A stretch of 64,000 bases of DNA. Origin: Neoechinorhynchus agilis (taxonomy: Eukaryota > Animalia > Acanthocephala). The translations under genes and the position numbers were made by a program. Under the pieces are notes generated by a model. That model saw only the letters and a program-made list of their open reading frames with translations. It was not told the DNA's origin and did no database searches. This document shows, one piece after another, positions 36,101 through 48,365 of this stretch. How positions within the stretch are numbered: the first letter of the stretch is position 1; each line of letters starts with the position of its first letter. The stretch is from assembly GCA_051530055.1 (NCBI GenBank), contig CM121342.1:10307480-10371479 (forward strand), read 5' to 3'.

Positions 36101-36949
36101 AATCGACTGATTGATGCAATACCTTCACAATTCCATCTTCCTTCTTCGCTACTTGCCGATGTGCGTCACCGAACCTTGTAAAAGCTGAGCTGGCACTTTT
36201 CTGAGGATCACGGGCGCCCATGTCCGATAGAGCATCACCTAGCGCCCGGTGAGCTTCAAATAGGCTCCTTGAACGGCATTCATAATTTATGAAGAGTCGA
36301 ATCAATCTTTGATAGAATTTACAAAGACAATTCAGTGAAATTAGTTTCGCCGTCAGAGGATCGTTTCGAATAATCGCTCTGCTAAGACCGAGCGAATCGG
36401 CTGCACTTGGTCCCATTCGTTCAGCCAATCTGTGTTTTAACTTCTTTATAATCATATCCAAATTCATCTTGTTGAAGCGAGATTCATCAATAATTAGTTT
36501 TTTGTAGGTTATTTCAATCTCAGGTTCAAAAGTTTTTCTGATCAATAACAAAACTCTAGCTTTGTGCCAGCCTTTGACGCACAAACCGTTTAAGGAGCAA
36601 ATCGATTTTTTACAGTAGTAAAAGCACTGTCTGGCGAAAAGTTGATTTTTTATAAATTCTCTTGAAGGTCACTTTTTTGGGGCGCTAGCCCAACTATTTT
36701 AAATACAATAGAAATTCGAAAAGTCGATTTGATCACCCATACTGCTATAATTTCGTCGCCGGATCGCATGCTGCCATCAATAGCCACTGGAGAGTTGGCG
36801 ATAATGGTTGAAATATACAGGCACGGGCACTTTGGACGACCACCATCGACCGTAATCCCGATCATATTGCTCTCGTTTTTCTTAATTCTACATTTAAGCA
36901 CTTTTGTTTCAATCCCCAAAGTGTCTTCTTCAACGCCCGAAGAAAACAT
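33136..36949 (-). CDS. PICK1: PICK1 (PDZ + BAR/AH domain), 3 coding blocks separated by TA-bounded insertions
   Basis: EEDTLGI, IGITVDGG..CPCLYI, LDMIIKKLKHRLAERM..ADSLGLSRAII, KFEYLSYCL, GNYEYRAIL, LRNDVTEKLELVDKKHV. Confidence 0.93.
33463..36007. other. TA-bounded inverted-repeat insertion in the PICK1 BAR domain (2543 nt removed with one TA)
   Basis: Ends read inward TAATGCAAAGGATTCCCACTTT and TATGGCATTGAGGTTCCCATTT. Removal gives EYLSYCL|KLSEFENDV. The upstream frame otherwise stops at TGA. AT-rich interior with nested MITEs. Confidence 0.7.
34005..34126. mobile_element. Foldback MITE (family C), nested in the PICK1 insertion
   Basis: cggtaaaggattatttattgaagacgttc...tcgtcgggttca pairs with tgaacccgacgaggttggcagaacgtctttaataaataatcctttaccg. 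Same family at 38090-38190 and 46262-46452. Confidence 0.85.
36591..36741. other. TA-bounded inverted-repeat insertion in the PICK1 PDZ domain (149 nt removed with one TA)
   Basis: Ends read inward TAAGGAGCAAATCGATTTTT and TATGGGTGATCAAATCGACTTTT. Removal gives GDEIIAV|NGLCVKG, the PDZ consensus spacing. Confidence 0.72.
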
Positions 36950-37777
36950 TATTTAGTAACTGAACACAAGATTAATAATAGTAACAAGAATCTATAATAC
37001 AAAAACTTTTGAAGAATGTAGTCATGGTAACATTAATAAGCGTCTTTTTAATGAGTTTTGCTTTTCTAAGCGACTCAATGACATTTGAGAAGCAGGCAAC
37101 AAATGTGGGCCTTATTCGATCGACGATTTACGACTTTTACTCAATTTCACGCCAAAATACGACACAGACTGTCAGACCGTTTCAGAATGAAGATTGAAGC
37201 GTTTTTAAGCATTGGTGCACACCCTTCTACTTTCTGCAAAGCATCTCCTTGACTTTCATTATAGTGGTGAACGAATTCTTTGATGCCTTTGTCTCGTTAA
37301 AAAGAAAAACCTTTGTAGAGTAAAAAAATTTTTTTGAAACTGAACAATTAAAAGATTTTCAATAGAGAATCGAAATACTCAAGCGGCGAATTAGGATTTC
37401 TTCAAATTTCATAATGCATTCATCGATTGTTCATCTTATTTTTTAGGTCTTGAATTCTACAATACATTTAATTTGCTTTAAATGAAATTAAGCATCTTTT
37501 GAAACGAAAATCGGACAAGGAAATTAATGTGATTATTGCACTATCTTTAAAAATTTGTCCTTGGTCTCATCTATAAAATCACCAATTACGTTGTTCTGTT
37601 TCCGCCAAATTAATTAAAAATGAATTTTAGGCAAAATTCTTGTATCAATAGAATTTATTCGAAGGGATCTTTGATTTTTTTTGAACATGCGGAATGTTAA
37701 AACATTATTTTCATAAGTGTATAACAATCCAGAATGATGCCGGTATATGAGTAGGTACCGTTGTATATGATTAGAAG

Positions 37778-37900
37778 TAGGGCCCAGTGAGTGGTGCGCG
37801 CTCAAAATGCGCCATGTATGTTGCTGATTCAAGTCCACTGGTCGTTGGGTTCCACAGGGGTTGCGAGAGATCGTCCATCGGTCCCAGAAGAGGGTTGACC
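37778..37900 (+). mobile_element. tRNA-related SINE candidate, copy 1
   Basis: GGGCCCAGTGAGTGG (A-box-like), hairpin gcgcg-ctcaaaa-tgcgc and GATTCAAGTCC (B-box-like). Homologous to 48227-48365. Confidence 0.5.
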
Positions 37901-38089
37901 CTGTCCCTTCGGATGCGGCTGAGCGCTTCCAAAGTGTGTGAGTGGCCGAGAGGCTCCAAAGAATATGAGTTATCTGAAAGGCTCCAAAGGATATGCAGTG
38001 ATGCCATGAGTGTATGCGACTTAAGATAAAAAAGATTAGAAGTATTATTTAAAAGTATTCAAGCGGTAAATAATTTTGATCAAAGAAGT

Positions 38090-38190
38090 TTGGAACCTTG
38101 TCGGGTTCATCGAGCTGATGGTGAACCCGACTAGGTTCGCAGAACGTATTCAATAAAAAATTATTTACCGGATGAAGACCCAAATAATAC
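38090..38190. mobile_element. MITE family C, partial copy
   Basis: gaaccttgtcgggttcatc...ggtgaacccgactaggttcgcagaacgtattcaataaaaaattatttaccgg. Confidence 0.7.
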
Positions 38191-38774
38191 CTTTAATTCT
38201 GAATAAAACTATAGGTTCATGAGAAGTTTTACCTTAGCATCATTACTTTATTAAATTAAATATTTTTCGAATTCTAACGTCGTTTATCTTACGAACTCAG
38301 CGCCATTTTGCTTATCTAATCCATGACTTAAACAAAGGTGTTAACATCTTGTTCACCTTAATTTGCAAAATTGTTTATAAAATGTCAACACGTAGCGCAG
38401 ATGAAAATTTTTGCCTATAAAAAATACGAGCTTAAAAAAGCGGCTCATGAATACAATTAAATGCAGCATAATTTAATGGATTTTGGAAATACCTTCCTGC
38501 AATACTGCTAATAATGGCATTTTTGTAGTATAAGTACTTTGTATAAATAATGAATAAAATTCATTAGACAATATTTTTTCGACTAATGTGTTCATGATAG
38601 TTTTCAAAATATCGTATGATACTTTCTGGATGAAACAAAATGTCGCCAAAGGTTCCGCTTCATATTAATCTTAACCTTTTTACTGTTTTTACGGTTATTG
38701 AAATGTAAAACGAGCTTCTTTATGTAGTAATAAATTCTTTTCAATACATTTAGAATTATATTGAGGATTGCATC

Positions 38775-38912
38775 CGGGTGGTTAGAGATATGTTGTTATT
38801 TAGGTCGCTTGTTGACACCCGCGACTGATTGAATCAGTCATTATCAATTCAATTGTTTGCAAGTGATTACGACTGGGTGTCGACAAGCGACCTAAATAAC
38901 AACATTTAGAAT
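38775..38912. repeat. Inverted-repeat element immediately upstream of the BARD1 ATG
   Basis: tgttgttatttaggtcgcttgttgacaccc pairs with gggtgtcgacaagcgacctaaataacaaca. Related ends at 33555, 34637 and 48940. Confidence 0.7.
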
Positions 38913-38938
38913 TGTTTAGAATTCGAAAACATTTTAAG

Positions 38939-40437
38939 ATGTCGATTTTAAGTGATCTGGACAGCACAATAGATGCACTCCGAATCAAACTTACATGTAT
39001 TAAGTGTAAACAACTGGCACGGGAAGCTCACGTTTGGCAAAACCATGCAATTTGTAAGTCATGTCTCCGACTTCGAGTCCAGAATCAACCTTGTCCACAA
39101 ATTGATATGATGGTCAAACGTTTAATAGAATTTGACCACAATGAAGATATGCTCGGAAAACGTAAAGTAAAACGCGTAAAGTTCTCGTACAGATTAGAAG
39201 AAATAAAGTCGAAAACAGAAACCGAGCTTCATCGGGCTGCCTATACAGTAAGTTTGAACATAAAGTCTTCTTGTTTTTATCCGAATTACCTTTTTAATTT
39301 AATTTTTACTCCTCTTGATTTGAAAAAAGAAGAGTAAATCGTGAATCAAATAAAGAGAATTTCCTACTCGAATTTTATAACATTTCAGGAAAGACGATTT
39401 TGCCTGTAAACATCTTTTATCCTTTAACAAATTTTGCTCATCTTTCTCAGCAGGATGACAATAACACTTGCGCAAAACTAATAAAAGATGGAGTAAATAT
39501 AGAATGTGTTGATAAGGAAGGATGGACGCCATTGGTAGCTTAGCGATTTTTCCGATTTTCAGTTTAATATCTTCCTTTTAGCACGTGGCATGTTTCCGCG
39601 GAAATGAAAAAGTCGTGAACTCTCTCATTGAAGCCGGTGCTGATGTAAACGCTATTGGAGGTTTTGATAATGGCCTTGAAACTAAAGATCGCCCATTAGA
39701 TGAAGCGATCAAGTCTGGGAATCCGGAATGTACACGAATTATTCAAATAGCTGGAGGTCGCACCAAGGAAGCAATTATCTCGAATAATGAATGGATATTG
39801 TACATTGAACGCTCGCTTGAACTCGAACTGAGAGAACGCTTGTTGGAAGCAGCATCGTTTTTCAGACTGAAAATAACCGAAACCTTTTCCAGTTCAGTCT
39901 CACATTACATTTGCTCTTCTACGTTTATTGCAAAAAGAAATTTGAATTATCTTAAAGCACTTTTGGCAAAATGCGCGATAGTGAACGCTCATTGGTTACT
40001 AAGAAGTCATGAACTGAAATGTTTGATGGACGAAAATGAATTTATGATTAAAGGAACGCATAAGTGTGAAGATAGTGGTGGTCCATTGAAATGTACACCT
40101 CTACTGTCCTATTCTGGGAGATAATCACATGCAGGACAGAAGATTTAGGCAGTCTCAAGGGTATCTCTTAAAAGGCCACACGTTTTACATTTATGGCGCG
40201 TTGAAGAACGGAAAGGTGAAACCGAAGGATTTAAGCAATCTGATTGAACGATATGGTCGTGGAACGCTGAGGAAACGGATAACCGCAAGAGGGTCACAGG
40301 ATCGCGTGTTTGTGATTCATGAAGACGGAGACAGATCTAATGGATTAAGGACGATTTGCAGTAGTGATGCACGAACACCGATGCCGGTATCTCAACTATT
40401 GAATCTCATAGAAAAGTACGAGTTTAGTGCAGAATGA
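38939..40437 (+). CDS. BARD1: BARD1 (degenerate RING, ankyrin repeats, tandem BRCT), about 4 exons
   Basis: LRIKLTCIKCKQLARE..HAICKSC, TELHRAAY..DKEGWTPL|HVACFRGNEKVVNSLIEAGADVNA, VSHYI..KRNLNYLKALL..IVNAHWL, and LLKGHTFYIYG. Last junction unresolved. Confidence 0.88.
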
Positions 40438-41459
40438 TTTTTAAATACCTATGTGTTTAAGGTGCTTATAATGGTCCGTTGGCGATTGCTCTAATTCTGT
40501 GCATTATTGTGACCGAAATGTGCTTTTAATTGTCGAAATTAGTCCTTAAATGAGGATGTCAAATATCGAGCCTGTATTGAGTAATTAACTAAATTACTCT
40601 TCGGCATAGATACTCCCTTTACGGATTAATTAGGTGCTTTTAGATCATCCCTTATTCGGCTTTTCCCTTTAGGCACACAAATAGATTAGTTGAAAGAAGT
40701 TTTGAATGCTTTTGTGCAGCAGTACCAAAGCTGCTTCATGTGACATGCCCTTATGCAATTCATTGGAACAACAAATTATGGTTATAATATTAAAATAACT
40801 TTAAACAGGAAAAGAGATAGCATAATGTTGCCACAAAGTCCCCGTCTCCTTAATATCTTCCAGAAGAGAGGCATAAATTTTTGTTAATCCCTTCTTCGCC
40901 GTCTTTCACTAGGCATTTCTGATGCAGAAGGTGAATCGAAATTTAAGTGGGCATTAAATGCTTGGTATTCGTGTGAAGTTGTGAACCATTTAAAGCTAGG
41001 ACTTATGCTGCAACACGTCTAGCGACTTACAGGGATCTTATAGGAAATACAGGTCATATATTCGTGATTCAGACAGCTTGTCGTTGTAAATTGATTTCAT
41101 AGTGATTAGAAAGTGCTTCTTAGAAAAATGGCGCTCATGGTGGTGGTGATGATAGGTAAAGTGACTCAAAGCGAATAAAACGTAATGCACTCGTTAATCG
41201 GTGAGGATTTGGTGAGGAATCTCGGAGACAGAATTTCAGTGTCCCGTCTTTATCTCTGTGGCAACACAAATTTATGCTTATTCGTTCTAGGAAATGCATA
41301 ATGTTCACGAGACGCATGACTAGACATCAGAAACAATTCAGTGCATCTAATGCATGAGAACGTTCCGATCCCAAATTGGATTGCTTTTCCATCCCTGACG
41401 AATCCTCGAATCCCACGCGATTAACCGCGACGTTATGCAGACTGGAACTAAAGGCCCTT

Positions 41460-44400
41460 CGCAACTATGGCTTCCGAACATTTATTTTAGTATCCCTGAA
41501 CATTAGTAGGAAAATGGGCATTAGTGAATGAATGAGCGGAGGAAACGCAGAAGCTACAAAACATCGGACTACTTCAGTGCTCAAAGTAAAAGAATTGTGT
41601 ACCTTTGGGTCCTCGTGTTGTGGTCGCGCGGGAAAGTTGGTGTTTATTGGTGAAGGCGAGTTTGTGAGGTTGGGTATTTCCTCCTGTTCATTTTGGGTCA
41701 TGAAATCCGAGAAGATCGGACAATGTGAAAAAAGGAGCGGAGGTAGAGGTGCGTGCGAGGTCGAGGGAGGATGAAAGGAATTCGGATTACGAGTGCTCAT
41801 GTGAAAAACGGAATAAAATGTGGACTAAATTGTGATGGTGGTAGGTTTAAAATGCGTTTTGAGTGTATCGTGAAAATTTTATAAAGGCATTTGGCGAGCG
41901 GGGGAAAATCAACTGTGCAAATTTCAGAGGCTATTCTATGAAACTTTTCAAGGTGGCGGATATGTGATTGGGAAAGATTGAAAAAGACGAGGTAACCGTT
42001 AGCGAGGAAGGGTAAAATAAAGCTTTATCAAAATTTAGAGGAATCAGGCGAAAGGACTCCTAAATGACTGAGACGTTTTGGGAGGTAGATTTTAAAGGCA
42101 TTGCGTTCGAAGGAAATATAGTGTGCGAGTCCCATTTTCAGACTTGGTTCAAATCGAAAACCCAGAATTCTGAGAGAGGTGACTCGTCAGATATCATTTG
42201 GAAGATCTGGGTAGGATATGGGATGGGGGAGATTGACGGGATCACTCGAAATATTTAGAGAAGTTTAAGTAGATTTAATGATGGCTGGTGATTGAGTGAT
42301 AAGGGTTAGATCGTAAGCACATGAGAAAGGTTTAGAGTGAGACGAAAAAGGTTTACGTTCATTTAAGAAAATATTAAAAAGAAGTGGTGAGATGATGAAC
42401 CCGAAGAGGCTAGAAACGTTTTTTATAAAAGATTATTCTCGAGCATATAGGATGTGAAAGATGTTTTAGGGTATTCTTAAAAAGTCAAAGTTTATGCTAA
42501 GAAGACGAGGTCGAGGTTGGAGGGGAGGCGGTAACATGCAATGGTGGTACCGGTGCTTTATTCGGATCGTTGGTTTTGGATGACTGATTACGATAGTTAT
42601 TATGTTGGCTTATTCGAAAAGGAAGGTGTAAAATAAGGAACTTGTATATCCTCTTAAGGAATAAAGAGGCAATGAGTGCTGAGTCGCAAGTTACTTTGAG
42701 AAGACGTGGGCGCGGGTTAGAGGAAGCTACCTTTTATCTCCACAGTAATATTCGAATCATAAAGAACTACAGGCTGAATATCCTGTAAGGGTGGTACCAA
42801 GTCCCTAGTAAAAGTCGAAACATTCTCAGTCTTCAGAACACCATTCGCATCCATCAAACTTTCATAAATTGAGTTTAGCCTACTGATGGAATCTACCAAA
42901 ACCTCATTCTCCTTTGTGATCGCTACACTATCCGATTTCAGTAAACCTTTAGTCTGTTTCTTAGAATTCACCCTTGAAACTTTTGCCTGCCTTTTTCAAC
43001 CGTCAGCTTTCTTCCCTTTGCACTTTTTGACTTCGATCAACTGTTCACTTTTAAGAGCTTCCGTTTCGCACTGAATAGCCTCCTCTAATATAACCTTAAC
43101 TGTGCTCACCACTACAATAAATGAGTCCATTAGTTTCAGTAACTCTTCCAAAGCATTTCGTTAGTGCAACTTCAAGAAGAGCGGAATACTTGCCCGATTC
43201 TCGTTCACCGTGACGGGGAGGGTTAAAGCTGTGCAGAGAGAGAAATGATGGGAGTTGACCGGTGAGGTAGTTCGGTGGTAAGGGATTCGTGGGTGGACCG
43301 GACCTGATAAAATCCTTCTTTAATTTTTCCGTTCTTATCGAAGTGAAATAACGCTTCGTGAGCCGAAAGAGCGCTCATCCTATCGCACAGCAACGGAAAA
43401 AAGAGAGTATTTAATGTGGAAGTGCTGGGAGATTGACTTTTGTGGTTATTCGATCGCCGGTGGAGTTGCACGTAATCAAAGAAACTGGGAAGTCGCTTAT
43501 TCTTCGATTTTTTGAGATGGGGGAGAGGTTCGTGGGTTTTTGCTAAAAGTGACGGGCTACATTGGGAAGATGAGTTCTGGATAGAGTTTGGAGGGCATGT
43601 GGAAAGATTTTGTGATGTGTTCTTATGTGAATAGATACGAAAAGAAAATTGAGAAGTAAGGAGTTTGTACAAATTGTGAAATAAAAGTTACTTTGAGGAG
43701 ACGTGGCCTCGGGTTAAATGGATTTTTGGATAGAATGCGCATAACTGTTGATGGGGAGGAATAGTTGAGTGAATGTCTGGGAAAAGGAGTTGACCGATTC
43801 GAAGGATTTGGCGGCGGTTGCGTGCATCAGCGAAAATAAATATGGTGCGATTTCTATCCTCGATGGAGGCGTATCATTACCGAAATGAATCAGAGGGTTG
43901 ATTGGTTTTGACGGAGTTCCTCCTTTTGCTCTTGTTTCTATTTGTTCAGCTGTTACTTGGACCTTTCGTTCGATTGTAGCTTTCATAGTAATTACTTCAG
44001 CTGGATCACTTCCGTTTTTCCGATCGTTAACTTTTATCCCAGTCACAATATCATACTCCTCCACAGTAATATTCGAATCATAAAGTACTACAGGCTGAAT
44101 ATCCTCTAAGGGTGGTACCAAGTCCCTAGTAAAAGTCGAAACATTCTCAGTCTTTAGGACACCACTCGTTTCCTACAAATCTTCGTTTGAGTTTGGCATA
44201 CTGATGGCATCTACCAAAACCACTTTCTCCTTCGTGACCGTTTATTTCTTAGAATTTCAGTGTGGCCTTTTAACACACGGCTGATAATTTTTGGGCACTG
44301 ATATAAGTTACGGGCTGGCCAATCTTCATTAAAAATTTTCTTAGAATATTAGGCGTCGACGCGTACTAAAGAACAAGTCTTTCTTTCCTTCTGCGATGAT

Positions 44401-44610
44401 CGAAAATGTCATGAACACAAACTTCCTTCTGTTGCACACCAGGCATCCGAAAGAAGTCGTAGTCACAAATTCCTCTTTGGAACCTTGTCTGCCTCTTTGA
44501 ACCGTTAGATTTATTCTCTTTGCACTTTTTGATTTCAAACAACCGTTCACTTCTAATAGCTACCTTTTCGCACTTAATAGCATCCGTTAATATATCTTTC
44601 ATTGCACTTC
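41460..44610 (-). mobile_element. Scrambled LINE-derived block (RT 3' remnant plus duplicated ORF1-like segments)
   Basis: 41960-42420 is the reverse complement of 57830-58240, 42720-43210 of 58265-58740, 43400-43690 of 59100-59425, and 43690-44160 of 58630-59110. 44160-44610 is a more diverged ORF1-like copy. Confidence 0.8.
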
Positions 44611-45441
44611 TTCGGCGTTACACTTATAAGAGCCGAGTACCGTACATTGATAATTAATTAGTTTGTAAGTTTTTGCGACGCCATCTCGTTTGTCGTTTTG
44701 AATGCGGTCTTGGCGTTTTTAAGTGTTCAATACGCGATGAAGTGTTTTGACGCAATGAGGAGTAGACGCGATGAAGAGTAACGCGCAGGGTCTTGAGGTC
44801 TTAATTCCCTGCTGTTCTCCTATGATGGAAATCAATATAAGTAATCGCAATATGGCTCGAGCGTCCCTCGGGGGAGACGCGGTGCCCGCAATAGCTGATA
44901 ACGATCTGTACCCAAATCGAATTACGAAAGCCCTGACGAATCATCGAATCCAATGCGATTAGCGACGATAAGTGCACGTCGAGAATGACACTAAAGACTT
45001 TGGGACGTCATTCCTCTTATAATGACGTCATTTTATGAGCATAGTAGGAAAAGATTTAATACTTGGGAAGTATAGAAACCTTCTTTCTTGAAAAAGAGAC
45101 GCATTTCAAATGGCTTCTAAAGATACAAACAGAATGCAGATTGACTCTCAAACCATTTTAATCTTCGAAAATCAAGTGATTCAGAGACTTTTTGCTGTTT
45201 TTATTTATGCGTTCGAATTCTTTATAACTGTTCTTTTTTAGGAAAAGAAAACCTTATAATCAAGCGTTTCTTGGGGATGGCGTTTCCGCAGACATTGCGA
45301 GGGAAACGCTCAGGTTTATGAATCGTCTCGAAAAACGACCATTTCCAAAATTTTCCTTTAGTTATCACTCGTCTTCCAAAGCAGAACTTTTCTTTTAGAT
45401 AGATCGTTTTCTATTCAAAAATAAACAAAAGAAACGCCGAG

Positions 45442-47875
45442 ATGCTCCGTTGCTCATTCACTGTTGCTCGTCTTGTCAGTCGATCTTTCACCCCTCGTCA
45501 ATCTTCGGTTCGACTAAGCCATCAGTTGAGCATCAAGGAGTTGAAGCTTACCAAATACGGAGAACCTGCAGATGGAACTGTTAAACTTTTTGAACGTAAC
45601 GAAAATGTTAATCTTCAGTCAGGTCAGGTTCTTCTCAAACTTATCGCAAGTTCGATCAATCCTGCCGATATCAATGTAATACAAGGAAAGTATGGACATC
45701 TACCTAATGCATCGAAGGTTTATAGGTAACTTTTAAAGTCTATTTGATTTATATTTCAGTTTTTGTTCATTGACACCAATGACTTAAATGGATCGATTTT
45801 ATGGATTTAGGTCGATATTTCGTTGTTGAAATGTCGGGCATGGCCCTTTGTTCTACAAATCATCTTCTACAACATATTAGATTTTTCAATTTTATACACT
45901 GTAATCTCACAGGCGTCGGAAAATTGCTAATTTAAGAATCTTGTAAATGGTTAAAATTATCTTAAACTCAGACAAAATAATATTTATACGATTTTTCCAG
46001 TAATACGTAGACCGGAATCAATAGAACCTTAGCATTAATAATAATTCATCCTTAAAAAGTATTGCAAATCATTTTACACGACTCTTTCTTACTAGTTTCA
46101 TGAAAAATCCATCTTAATTGACGAACTCTTTCAAATATGTCTTTGTTTGAAGTTTTGAAGGCATCATAGAAAATTAATGCATTAGTCGATTAACGCGACT
46201 TTAAAGCTACTCATAAAACTTACTATTATCAAAGTGTCGATATGTGAGGCAGAATTATTGTTTAGGTCTACACCCGGTAAATGATTATTTATTAAAGACG
46301 TTCTGCAAACCTCATAGAGTTCATCATAATTTTGTTTGATATTAAAAGACGTGATCTTAAGCATCTTTTAATAACTAACAAACCGATGATGAACCCGACG
46401 AGGTTCGCAGAACGTCTTTAATAAAACATTATTTACCGGGTGAAAACCTAAGCAATAATTCTTACTACTATTAACAAATTCTTTAAAATGCATAATTGTT
46501 TTTAAATATTTTCTTACACAAAAGTAATTCTACTTTCCAGCCCTTTATAAAAACAGCATTTGATGACCAATTTCTTCAGAATTGCTGATTTGTTTCGAAG
46601 TCTTTAATTCTTCACGAAAATTTTATCGGAGGTAAAAAAGTAAGCATAAGAAATTAATTTCACTAATTTTTTATATTAGTTGAACTATTGCAAAAATTAT
46701 TGTGGTCCGTTAAGACATTCATGTTAATTTATTGAGAACGTTAAAAATTTGTAAAAATTCTGATATAAATTAAGGAACATCTTTAGCCTCCATTGCCCTA
46801 GAGGATGCATCAAGAATTCCTTTTCTGAATTGCGCATCTGATTCTCTGATATAAATGGTTGGCGGGGTCCTTTGCTGCTGCGATCAACTATTTTCCAACA
46901 TTGGTTAAAAATTCTGCGGTGCTTGGTCCGACGGCAACAATCTGCACCAATTGAACACGGCACCTTAAACATTTGCGCCCAAGACCACTTTCTATTTTAG
47001 TGTGAGATCAAATTTAAAAAATTATATTTCTCCCTTATATCCTAAACACCTTTGTTGCTAGTAAAACTCTCCCAGAAGTAATAGGGAATGAAGCTGTGTT
47101 CGAAGTGATGGACGTAGGTGGCAAAAGTGATCAAATTGTCGCAGGCGACAATGTTCTCTTGGACAATGTTGGTCAGGGAACATGGTGTTCGCATCTGATA
47201 GCCAACGAGAATCATTTAATAAAAGTTCCAAAAACTCTACCACTTGAGATAAAATCCACTCTATTGGTAAATCCATCAACGGCATTTCTGTTACTCCGTG
47301 AATTCGTTTCCTTAAAACCAGGCGATTCTGTGCTTATAAACGCTCCAACTACTCAAGTCGGTCGATCTGCGATTCAAATTGCCCGAGTCAGAGGTCTTAA
47401 AAGTATTTGTGTCGTTCGGTCGAAAACTGATGATGAAAAACAAATTGAGCACTTGAAACCTGATGTCGTATGTACCGAAGAGCAACTTAGGATTAAGAAC
47501 GCTTGGAAAGACGTCGGCAAACCCAAACTAGCCTTGAATTGTGTTGGTGGTAAGACCGCAACTGATATGCTACGAGTGCTGGCCCATGGAGGAACTATGG
47601 TAACTTTCGGTGGCTTGTCGATGCAGCCTCTCACAGTTCCAACCGGGAGCTTGATATTCCGCGATCAAAAATTCGTAGGATTCTGGCTATCAACATGGCG
47701 CCTTACTCACGGGACAATGCAGTTTGCTAAAGTCATCGATGAAGTAGCCAAGATGGCGAGCGAAGGAAAATTGGAAAAACCAGCTTGTAAAACGTTTAAG
47801 CTAGACGACTTCCAAAATGCTTTGGAGTATTCAGTCTCACGTCAAAGAACGGAAAAGTGTCTGTTTGTAGCGTGA
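45442..47875 (+). CDS. MECR: Mitochondrial trans-2-enoyl-CoA/ACP reductase
   Basis: Transit-peptide-like start, GQVLLKLIASSINPADINVIQGKY, LPEVIGNE, TLLVNPSTAFLLLREFVSLKPGDSVLIN, KPKLALNCVGGK, GGTMVTFGGLSMQP and GFWLS. Confidence 0.95.
45705..47063. other. TA(A)-bounded inverted-repeat insertion in MECR (1357 nt removed with one repeat)
   Basis: Ends read inward TAATGCATCGAAGGTTTATAGG and TACTAGCAACAAAGGTGTTTAGG. Removal gives YGHLP|KTLPEVIGNE. GT-AG 45726-47061 is possible but leaves 7 extra residues. Confidence 0.62.
46262..46452. mobile_element. MITE family C, nested in the MECR insertion
   Basis: ttaggtctacacccggtaaatgattatttattaaagacgttctgcaaacctc pairs with gaggttcgcagaacgtctttaataaaacattatttaccgggtgaaaacctaa. 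Confidence 0.85.
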
Positions 47876-48226
47876 TTTGACGGAACTATGATTTGAGGCT
47901 TAGCAATGGTTGAATAAAAATGAAAAATACTCAAAATTTTAGGTTCGGTATAATGCATAATTTTTGTTCGGCTAGAAGCTTGGAAAATATTTTTCTCCCT
48001 TATACAGAAATTAGAACGCGTCTTCCTTGTCTATATTTCCGGCATGCAAAATATTTCAAGTATTTACAGAAGTCAACAATTTGGTAATGAGTTTCGAAAT
48101 GGAATTGGCCCAACCGCAATTTGACGGAATAGTCCAATCTAGTTTTGCCTATGATATTAAATGAAATCGTAAACGCTTTTTAAACGTTTAAACCCATTCA
48201 TTTAAACAAAACATTAATGTTAAAAC

Positions 48227-48365
48227 GGGGGCCCAGTGAGCGGTGCGCGTTCAAAATGCGCTCGATTGGTCGCTGGTTCAGGTCCACCGGTCGTTTAATT
48301 CCACGGTGGTTGCGAGGCTGCGGTAAGGGTGGGGTCAGGTTTTAAGATCGCCCATTGGTCCCATT
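48227..48365 (+). mobile_element. tRNA-related SINE candidate, copy 2
   Basis: GGGCCCAGTGAGCGG, stem-loop gcgcg-ttcaaaa-tgcgc (central CAA) and GGTTCAGGTCC. Confidence 0.5.

Noticed and set aside
46780-46990. Degenerate repeat shared with 54560-54830 (both translate RRIFNQC on the minus strand)
   Set aside because: Probably a decayed transposon fragment, but too short and diverged to assign or to support a gene call.
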